In this document: one piece after another, positions 19,862-26,652 of the stretch
Position numbering within the stretch: position 1 is the first letter of the stretch
How the letters are laid out: each line of letters opens with the position of its first letter
Origin: Dehalococcoidia bacterium
GTDB lineage: Bacteria; Chloroflexota; Dehalococcoidia; Lucifugimonadales; Lucifugimonadaceae
Assembly: GCA_965205245.1 (NCBI GenBank)
Contig: CBDBGE010000005.1
Coordinates: 888,770-952,769, forward strand
Reading direction: 5' to 3'
DNA: 64,000 nucleotides
Made by a program: the position numbers and the translations under genes
The notes under the pieces: model-generated
The model's input: only the letters and a program-made list of their open reading frames with translations
The model's database searches: none
What the model was told of the DNA's origin: nothing

Positions 19862-19942
19862 ATGATCTTCCGAATTGACTGCCATTCCGTTCTCGTGGCG
19901 AACTGCTATGAGTGGTCCACTTTTGGGAGGAATCAATCGTAA
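19862..19942 (+). CDS. 26-codon mini-ORF C, not in the ORF track
   Basis: MIFRIDCHSVLVANCYEWSTFGRNQS*. Confidence 0.5.
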   Translation: MIFRIDCHSVLVANCYEWSTFGRNQS

Positions 19943-19974
19943 TTGACGTTTGGACAACGGCAACTGAGTTGGAA

Positions 19975-20000
19975 CCTCCCGAAATCGGGAGGTTCTTTGT
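19975..20000 (+). terminator. intrinsic terminator, module C leader (weaker U-tract)
   Basis: CCTCCCG-aaat-CGGGAGG followed by TTCTTTGT. Confidence 0.7.
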
Positions 20001-20094
20001 TAGAGGGCGTCATTGAACACAAAGCTGGGTTCTGTCGCCTTCCCTTCGTCACTGTATTAACAAGTCAAGTGGGCACGGTGCGGAAACAACTGAC

Positions 20095-20925
20095 ATGAAC
20101 TTGCGGAGTGGCCTGCTGAGGGCCGGACAACTAGCTGTGGGCGGGCTCCTGGCCGTCGTGCGGCCGTTGCTTGGTTCCATCAGGGCCCAGATCACCACTA
20201 CCCGGCGTGACATTCACGACGTCACTATGGGTATCACGCAGCCCGCATTTACGTTTGCCCTGATGGCGGTCTTCAAGTACGCCGGGCGCGAAGACTTGGC
20301 CCCTTACGCCCTGATCGCCCCGATGCTCATGGGTGTGGGCGGCATGGCAGTGTCGGTGGCGAGTGAGGTCATGACACGGGAGCGTGACTTTCAGACTCTC
20401 GAGTTGACCGTCGCAAGCCCAGCGCCGATCCCCGTGATCATCTTCTCCCGGATCATGGTCATCACGTCAATCTCCCTTCTCGGGATTGTCCAAAGCTGGC
20501 TGATCGTCAGGTTTGTCTTTGGTGTGGACGTCACGATCCACCATCCCTGGTTGTTCGCGGCGACGTTGCTGCTGACCGCGTTCGCGGCCGGAGGGACCGC
20601 ACTGATCACCGCGGCCCTGTTCTGTTTCGCGCAAGCAGCCAGGACATTCCAGAACTCGATCACGTTCCCGGCCTATCTCTTCTCCGGGATCCTGGTACCG
20701 ATAGCGGCGTTTCCTGATTGGCTGGAACCGGTAAGCCGGGTGATCTTCCTTTACTGGTCGGGGACCCTGCTCAGGGACGCGATGCAATCGACGACCCCCG
20801 AAGGAGTCTTCGTGAAGCTGGGCATCATGCTGATCCTGGGCGGAAGCGCGGCCTTGATAGGAGGGGCGTTGATTGTTCGCATGCTCAATTACCTCAGGCG
20901 GGAAGGCACGCTGGGGGTCCTGTGA
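20095..20925 (+). CDS. ABC-2 type exporter permease, module C subunit 1
   Basis: 276 aa, paralog of 16139..16969 and 18106..18936. Confidence 0.85.
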   Translation: MNLRSGLLRAGQLAVGGLLAVVRPLLGSIRAQITTTRRDIHDVTMGITQPAFTFALMAVFKYAGREDLAPYALIAPMLMGVGGMAVSVASEVMTRERDFQTLELTVASPAPIPVIIFSRIMVITSISLLGIVQSWLIVRFVFGVDVTIHHPWLFAATLLLTAFAAGGTALITAALFCFAQAARTFQNSITFPAYLFSGILVPIAAFPDWLEPVSRVIFLYWSGTLLRDAMQSTTPEGVFVKLGIMLILGGSAALIGGALIVRMLNYLRREGTLGVL

Positions 20926-21710
20926 ACACGCTGCAACGCATCCGCTTTGGTCTCCTCGTGGGCACGCGGGACTTCACCCTCTATTGGAACTGGAAAACGT
21001 GGTTCGGTGGCTGGATGGTCCAGATGGTGGCCCAGGCAGCCTTCTTCTCCATGTTTGCCAGGCTGTTCGACTCGCCTTACCACGAGCAGTACCTACTTAT
21101 AGGCAATGCAGTCGCTGTCGGCGCGCAAGCGGTGTGTTGGACAATTCCATCCTCGACGTGGGACCGTTGGACTGGAACGTATCCCCTCCTGGTTATTGCG
21201 CCTGCCAGTCAATTCCCAGCCGCCGTCGGACGGAACTCCGTTTGGATGCTATCCGGCATCGCCACTACGCTCGTGGTGTTCGTCATTCTGGGCGCGGTCT
21301 TCAACCTGTCTCTGCCATGGCCCAACACGCTGTTCCTGGTTCCGTTGGTCGTGTTGACGCAGGTCAGCACGTTCTGCTTCGCACAATTCCTCGGGGTCTT
21401 TGTCATACGCCAATACCAAATGCGAAACCTGTTACTTGGCACGGTGACAATGGGCGTAAGAGCGTTCTGCGGCGTAAGTGTGCCTATCGCCTTCTGGCCG
21501 GGCTCTGTCCAGTTCGTCGTCAAATTGTTGCCCATCACCCACGGGCTCGAGGCTATCCGGCTCTTGCTGGACGGGGCGCCCGCACATGCCATTCTCCAAG
21601 CCGCCGCGTTAGAAGCAGTGGTGGGCACGGGTTGGCTTGTCCTTGCAATGTTGGCGATGGATCGCATAGCCGAGTCCGGCCGCAAAAGCGGTTCAATCGA
21701 GTTCATTTGA
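20922..21710 (+). CDS. ABC-2 type exporter permease, module C subunit 2
   Basis: The GTG start at 20922 was chosen by homology (VNTLQRIRFGLLVGTRDFTLYWNWKTW...). The longer track ORF 20718..21710 is an out-of-gene extension. Confidence 0.85.
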   Translation: MNTLQRIRFGLLVGTRDFTLYWNWKTWFGGWMVQMVAQAAFFSMFARLFDSPYHEQYLLIGNAVAVGAQAVCWTIPSSTWDRWTGTYPLLVIAPASQFPAAVGRNSVWMLSGIATTLVVFVILGAVFNLSLPWPNTLFLVPLVVLTQVSTFCFAQFLGVFVIRQYQMRNLLLGTVTMGVRAFCGVSVPIAFWPGSVQFVVKLLPITHGLEAIRLLLDGAPAHAILQAAALEAVVGTGWLVLAMLAMDRIAESGRKSGSIEFI

Positions 21711-21735
21711 AAACCACATGTACGGGGAGGCAGCC

Positions 21736-22677
21736 ATGAACGCAGTAACGACCACGGACCTCCGCAGGGTCTACAAGAGCAGGGACGGCAATCCCGATGT
21801 AGTCGCGCTCGACCGCGTCTCGATGGACATCAGGGAGGGCGAGGTCCATGGGCTCCTGGGACCGAACGGCGCAGGCAAGACTACCCTGGTGAAGGTGCTG
21901 TCTACCGTCCTCCTCCCTACGAGCGGGTCCGCTTCGATACTTGGACACGACGTGGTCCGCGAGACCAAGGCGGTCCGGCCCCTGATCGGCATCGTCCTGG
22001 GCGGCGACCGCGGGCTTTACTGGCGACTGACCGGCCGTCAGAACCTGGAGTACTGGGCTGCGCTCTACAACGTCCCCGCCGGAACGGCGAAGGAACGCAT
22101 CCCTAAGTTGCTGGAAATGGTCGGCCTCACCGACCGCGCCGACTACCTCGTCGAGGGCTACTCCCGCGGAATGCGGCAGCGCATCCACCTTGCCAGGGGG
22201 CTGGTCGGCGACGCGCGCGTGCTTTTCCTCGACGAGCCGACCGCCGGCATGGACCCGTTGGCTTCCCGCGATTTTCGCAACCTCGTCGGGAATCTACGCT
22301 CCGAGGGCCGGACGGTCCTGCTGACTACCCACGATATGGCGGAGGCGGAAGCGGTGTGCGATCGGGTAACGCTCATCGACAAGGGGAAAATCATCGCGGT
22401 CGAGACCCCGCGGTCGCTCAGCAGACTGATCGCCGGCAACGAGCGGATCGACTTCGAGGGCGGTCCGGACGGATTGAAGAACTCTCTACAAACACTGCCG
22501 GGCGTGACTTCAGTGAACCCGCTGCCCGATGGCGGCAACCGCGTGGAACTAGAGGGGGATGACGCCAAGCAGGGCGTCCTGAAGGCCCTCGTAGACGCCG
22601 GAGTCACGACGATATCCACGTCGCGGCCAAGTCTCGAAGAGGTCTACGTCCGGGTGATCGGAGACAAGACGGAATGA
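21736..22677 (+). CDS. ABC-2 exporter ATP-binding protein (DrrA/CcmA-like), the only NBD in the cluster
   Basis: A strong RBS (GGGGAGG) lies 5 nt before ATG 21736. Walker A GPNGAGKTT, signature YSRGMRQR, Walker B LFLDEPTAGMD. Confidence 0.9.
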   Translation: MNAVTTTDLRRVYKSRDGNPDVVALDRVSMDIREGEVHGLLGPNGAGKTTLVKVLSTVLLPTSGSASILGHDVVRETKAVRPLIGIVLGGDRGLYWRLTGRQNLEYWAALYNVPAGTAKERIPKLLEMVGLTDRADYLVEGYSRGMRQRIHLARGLVGDARVLFLDEPTAGMDPLASRDFRNLVGNLRSEGRTVLLTTHDMAEAEAVCDRVTLIDKGKIIAVETPRSLSRLIAGNERIDFEGGPDGLKNSLQTLPGVTSVNPLPDGGNRVELEGDDAKQGVLKALVDAGVTTISTSRPSLEEVYVRVIGDKTE

Positions 22678-22678
22678 G

Positions 22679-22873
22679 CTAACGCGGTCTGCCGGATCGC
22701 GGTCCTAACCGGCGTACGGTTCTGACTAGCCCGCGCAGTAACCGGATCACAAAACGGACGCGTGGCACGACCCAAAACAGTGGATTGCGCCCTGAACGGC
22801 TTCTTCGGGCTTCCAGGTCCGCCTTCGCCGCATCATAGTCGCGCATCAAATGCTGTTGATCGGGCGATGGCAA
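22679..22873 (-). CDS. small Arg-rich protein of unknown function (paralog of 22937..23152)
   Basis: 64 codons from a TTG immediately after an in-frame TAG. It shares PxPD..QQ...(D/E)Y...NP(L/V)F...L(V/I)RTVRR with its neighbour. Start is uncertain. Confidence 0.45.
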   Translation of the reverse strand: MPSPDQQHLMRDYDAAKADLEARRSRSGRNPLFWVVPRVRFVIRLLRGLVRTVRRLGPRSGRPR

Positions 22874-22936
22874 CTAGGCAGACAAATTACGATTCTTCCT
22901 GCGGTACCGCGTTGAAAAGGTGATCGGATACCCGAA

Positions 22937-23152
22937 CTACTGCTTCCGACGTACTGTTCTGATTAGCCAACGAGCGCTGTCGAAAAGCGCCCGCCCGAAG
23001 GCCAAAAACAGCCGCATCAGGGTCGTGATCAGGAACACTGGGTCGCCAACCCACGGCATCCGCCTCCGAGATTTATGACCCTTCTTAAATTCACGATATT
23101 CGTGGATGTAATACTGCTGATTTTGTAGATCTGGAGGTGGCAAGTTGACCAT
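22937..23152 (-). CDS. small Arg-rich or membrane-associated protein of unknown function
   Basis: 71 aa. An RBS (AAGGAA) lies about 8 nt before the ATG. It has a hydrophobic core PVFLITTLMRLFLAF and the C-terminus ...WLIRTVRRKQ. Confidence 0.6.
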   Translation of the reverse strand: MVNLPPPDLQNQQYYIHEYREFKKGHKSRRRMPWVGDPVFLITTLMRLFLAFGRALFDSARWLIRTVRRKQ

Positions 23153-23187
23153 GCTGCTGTTCCTTTTCTTGTGGCTACCTTAGCAAG

Positions 23188-25128
23188 TCAGCGGTAAACC
23201 GTCGCCGCCACGGCCAGATGGTCTGAGGCGAGGCTGTCGTGGGTGGAATAGTCCCGTACCTTCAGGTCCGGACTGGCGAAAACGTAGTCGATACGCTCCC
23301 ACGGCGCGTCCGCCGGATAGGTGTATCCGTCGTAGGTCGCTCCGGAAGCGACGAGCGCGTCGTTGAATCCGGCGTTGGCGATTAACAGCATCTCCGGGTG
23401 GTCCGGGTGCGCGTTGAAGTCTCCCAGCAACACCGTGGTCCGGCCGCTCACCACGGCCCCGAGCACCGCTTCCGCTTGAGGGACCCTGATCGCCGAGTCG
23501 CCGTCACCGGAGTGGAAGTGCGTGGCCACCACGTCTATCGTCTCCCCGCCGTCCACGTCGATCTCCACCGTCAGAAATCCCCTGTCCAGTCGAAGCGTGT
23601 CGTTGTTCGGCATTTCGTGGTTTTGGCGGCTGACAATCGGGAGCCGGCTCAACACCGCATTGCCCCACACCGGATCGGCTGCCGGACCCCACACGTAGTC
23701 CATTTCGAGACGCTGGGAGAGCCATTCGAGCATATCCACCGATCCGTTGATCGCCCAACCTCTCGAAACCTCCTGCAGCGCGACGATGTCGGGCTCCTCG
23801 GCCTCGATGACCCTTGCCATCTCCTCCAAACCGTGGCGGCCGTGAACATCGAATCCCTGGCGGAGGTTGTAGGTCATCACCCGAACCGGGAATCCGTCGC
23901 CCGGGGGCGGAGTCACGTCCTTCCACCGCACCATCATGACCACAGGAAGTAACAGCAGCAGCAGCGCCGCGATACCGGCAGCCCTCGTAACCGACACCCC
24001 CGTCTCGCGCCGACCCATGGCTGCCCGGACCGCCGCCAGGCCGATCAACAAAGCGGCCAGGGGACGAATCACTCCCTGCGGCGCCAGCACATCGATCTGG
24101 TAGGTCGCGTAGTAGATGAACAGGAAGACCAGTAATAACAGCATGCCGACGCCCATCCAGGTCGAAACCCCGCGGCCGGAAGACTCGCCATTGGATTCGA
24201 CCACTGACCTCGCGATGGCCACTAGCAATACTGCGATCACCACCTGGCCGACAAGCATTGCCCCGGCGCCTGCGAAGCCCGACGTATCTGAGGCAACTAC
24301 CGCTATCAGCACACCCCCCAGCAGCAGAACTACCTGCCAGGGCAGGCCCCTACTTTGCCTCGTCAACTCGACCGCTACCACTATTCCGGCCAGGTTGGCC
24401 GCGAGGACCCACGCGAAAACAGCGGGCTGTGGCCAGCCGATCAACGCGGTTTGGTGGGCCACGTTCTGGAACAGAAGGAACTGCAAAACGAGAACCGGCC
24501 CAATGGCCACATACGGCCATGCGATTGCTGCGGACGCCTGGACCTGCTGCTGGCTGTTGACTCTCGCGAGCCGCCACAGGAGCAATCCCTGGGCGGCGGC
24601 CAGGCCCACCACGACGACGTAGACCCCTATGCCCTGAGCCCACGACAGGTCGACCGTGCCGAAAACGCCCTTGACCGCGGTCTCTGCGGAAAGGCCCAGC
24701 AACAGCGCGATCACCGCGTGTGTGGCGGCCTCCCCCTTGCCTGCCGATCGGATCGACCGAAACAGGAGCGGCAGGGACCAAAGGAACACAATCGCTCCAA
24801 GGATCGAGAGGCCTAAGCCGACGGGAAGAGATGAGACGAATTTTTCGGCCAGCCACAACAGGGATAAGAGGCCGACAACGATCGGCAAGGCATTGCGCGG
24901 TCCAAGTGTTCGTCGAACGACCGGCGCAAGAAACCCGCACAGGAACACCACCAGGCCTAACGCGCCAACCATGACCGGGTCTATCTCATGCACCTGTGTC
25001 AGGTTGACGGCCATCCCGACGAACAGCATCCGCAAAAGTTGGACGCCGAACATCACCGTCAGGGCTCCAAACAACAGAGCCGCCAATGACGTCCGGTTAA
25101 CTCTCCAAACGGTGTTCAGACGTCTCAC
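23188..25128 (-). CDS. polytopic membrane protein fused to a C-terminal endonuclease/exonuclease/phosphatase (EEP) domain
   Basis: About 400 aa with 10 or more predicted TM stretches, followed by VRVMTYNLRQGF...PDIVALQEV...LLGDFNAHPD...SDHLAVAATV, which are EEP signature blocks. Confidence 0.75.
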   Translation of the reverse strand: MRRLNTVWRVNRTSLAALLFGALTVMFGVQLLRMLFVGMAVNLTQVHEIDPVMVGALGLVVFLCGFLAPVVRRTLGPRNALPIVVGLLSLLWLAEKFVSSLPVGLGLSILGAIVFLWSLPLLFRSIRSAGKGEAATHAVIALLLGLSAETAVKGVFGTVDLSWAQGIGVYVVVVGLAAAQGLLLWRLARVNSQQQVQASAAIAWPYVAIGPVLVLQFLLFQNVAHQTALIGWPQPAVFAWVLAANLAGIVVAVELTRQSRGLPWQVVLLLGGVLIAVVASDTSGFAGAGAMLVGQVVIAVLLVAIARSVVESNGESSGRGVSTWMGVGMLLLLVFLFIYYATYQIDVLAPQGVIRPLAALLIGLAAVRAAMGRRETGVSVTRAAGIAALLLLLLPVVMMVRWKDVTPPPGDGFPVRVMTYNLRQGFDVHGRHGLEEMARVIEAEEPDIVALQEVSRGWAINGSVDMLEWLSQRLEMDYVWGPAADPVWGNAVLSRLPIVSRQNHEMPNNDTLRLDRGFLTVEIDVDGGETIDVVATHFHSGDGDSAIRVPQAEAVLGAVVSGRTTVLLGDFNAHPDHPEMLLIANAGFNDALVASGATYDGYTYPADAPWERIDYVFASPDLKVRDYSTHDSLASDHLAVAATVYR

Positions 25129-25230
25129 GTGTCACGACTCGAGGCCGGTGAGAACAATTTCGGCTCACGCCTGCTGCAGGCATGGGACAACGAGGCGACG
25201 CATACAAATGGCCGTCAGGGACAGAAAGCC

Positions 25231-25256
25231 AGAAGGCCGGGTCGCCCCGGCCTTCT
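25231..25256 (-). terminator. hairpin terminator after the betaine-binding protein gene
   Basis: AGAAGGCCGGG-tcgc-CCCGGCCTTCT gives 11 perfect bp. On the minus strand it is followed by GGCTTTCTG. Confidence 0.5.
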
Positions 25257-25289
25257 CGCATAAGTACCCTCGGGCGTTCTAATCCCGGA

Positions 25290-26573
25290 TTAACCGTCCA
25301 AAGCCTCATTGACCTTGTCGGCGATGTCGGAAGGTACCCAATCCTCCCAGATCTTGTTGTTGTTGAGGAACCACAACGCAGCTTCGGAAGCTTCGCTGCC
25401 TGGGTTGGCGTCCATCCACTGGAAGATTTCCTTGTAGACGTCGATCGAGAACTCCCATTGCTGCAGGAATCCAATTACGTCCGGCGCCCGCGGAAGCAGG
25501 CTCTTGTGGACAGCTACCAGGACCAACGACTCGTCGAATGCGCACGCCTTGTCGGCGTCCCAGCACTCTTCGGAGTAAGGCTCTTCTTCGAGACGGACCA
25601 GGTCGAGCTTGAGGCCGGGATCGCCCGTGCCCCACATGTAGCCAAGCCACGGCTCTTCCTTCTCGTATGCCGCATAAACCTCGGCGAACATTGCCTCCTG
25701 CGAACCCGGGTTGATTACGTGCAGGTGGTCCACCAGTCCGTAGGCCTCGATCTGCTCGCCATTGACGACCTCACATGACCAGCCGATTACGCATGCGACC
25801 AATCGTGCTTTGCCCCTGCTGTCCGCGGTGGCAAACAGTTCCTGGTACTCAGGTTTCATCAGGTCCTGCGGTGTCTTCAGGTCGGGGTTCTCGTCGGCGA
25901 TGTATTTCGGGATTACGAACGTACTCTGCCAGTCACCGACCAGGCTGGTACCCACAGAGGCCACGTCGCCGATTTCGAGAGCCTTCTCCCAGCCGAGTGA
26001 CTGGTTCGGCAACCAAATCTCCATGGCTACGTGAATGTCACCTTTTTGCAGTCCCTGGAAGTTCGGCAGGGTGGCGCCAAGGACAACGTCGGTCGGATAA
26101 CCGTATCCGTTTTCCACGATGTACTGGGCGATGCGGTTCTGTACCTGTGCGCTTGTCCAGTTCAGGTCGGAGAAGACGATCGTTTCCTTTGGACCCATCA
26201 TCGCCTCTTGAACGACGACTACCGTCTCAACGACTTTCTCAGTGACCGTGACGGGCTTTTCTACGACAACAGTCTCAACAACCTTTTCGGTGACCGTCAC
26301 CGGCTTTTCGACCACAACGGTCTGCACTTCGGTCACCCTCTCGCCCTCGACCATCTTTTCGACCACGACAGTCTCGACGACCTTCTCGGTTACGGTAACC
26401 TGCTTTTCGACTTCTACCGTGACGACCTTCTCGACCACCTCCGGTTCAGAATCACAGGCAACCGCTACAAGAGCCACCGCCATCAGTCCTGCCAAGGCCA
26501 TTATTGTCAGCAATGACCCGATTCCCGATGGGTATCTCGCTCTTTGTGCGAATTCTTTCGTTGCCTTTAACAC
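25290..26573 (-). CDS. proX: glycine betaine/proline-betaine ABC transporter substrate-binding lipoprotein (ProX/OpuAC-like)
   Basis: An RBS (AAGGAG) lies 7 nt before GTG 26573. The signal peptide has a ...VAVAC lipobox. A long V/T/E repeat linker is followed by IVFSDLNWTSAQVQNRIAQYIVENGYGY..., a ProX-type domain. Confidence 0.8.
   Translation of the reverse strand: MLKATKEFAQRARYPSGIGSLLTIMALAGLMAVALVAVACDSEPEVVEKVVTVEVEKQVTVTEKVVETVVVEKMVEGERVTEVQTVVVEKPVTVTEKVVETVVVEKPVTVTEKVVETVVVVQEAMMGPKETIVFSDLNWTSAQVQNRIAQYIVENGYGYPTDVVLGATLPNFQGLQKGDIHVAMEIWLPNQSLGWEKALEIGDVASVGTSLVGDWQSTFVIPKYIADENPDLKTPQDLMKPEYQELFATADSRGKARLVACVIGWSCEVVNGEQIEAYGLVDHLHVINPGSQEAMFAEVYAAYEKEEPWLGYMWGTGDPGLKLDLVRLEEEPYSEECWDADKACAFDESLVLVAVHKSLLPRAPDVIGFLQQWEFSIDVYKEIFQWMDANPGSEASEAALWFLNNNKIWEDWVPSDIADKVNEALDG
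26211..26441 (-). repeat. in-frame tandem ~48-nt repeat encoding a Val/Thr/Glu linker
   Basis: EVVEKVVTVEVEKQVTVTEKVVETVVVEKMVEGERVTEVQTVVVEKPVTVTEKVVETVVVEKPVTVTEKVVETVVVV. The 16-aa unit EKPVTVTEKVVETVVV is repeated exactly twice, with diverged copies on either side. Confidence 0.85.
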
Positions 26574-26652
26574 TACGCACGCTCCTTTCTTGTCTGGGAA
26601 GCCACCCAACGGATCTTAGACGGCTCTATGTCTCCCGGTCCGGGAAATCAAG

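Larger units (their letters stand above)
15855..21710 (+). repeat. three tandem diverged copies of a ~1.97 kb unit (leader region plus two ABC-2 permease genes)
   Basis: The -10-like boxes lie at 15859, 17827 and 19814, giving periods of 1968 and 1987 nt. Leaders and both permease genes are collinear in all three copies. Confidence 0.9.

Noticed and set aside
19779-19865. A 28-codon ORF (MTSTPHLHQFCGSVKW...) ending in ATGA overlap with mini-ORF C.
   Set aside because: It is present only in module C. It spans the -10-like box, and the equivalent frames in modules A and B are closed or lack a start.
26211-26441. Regular ~48-nt repeats that could be mistaken for a CRISPR-like array.
   Set aside because: The repeats are contiguous with no spacers. 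They are in frame inside the ProX-like gene and encode a repetitive linker.
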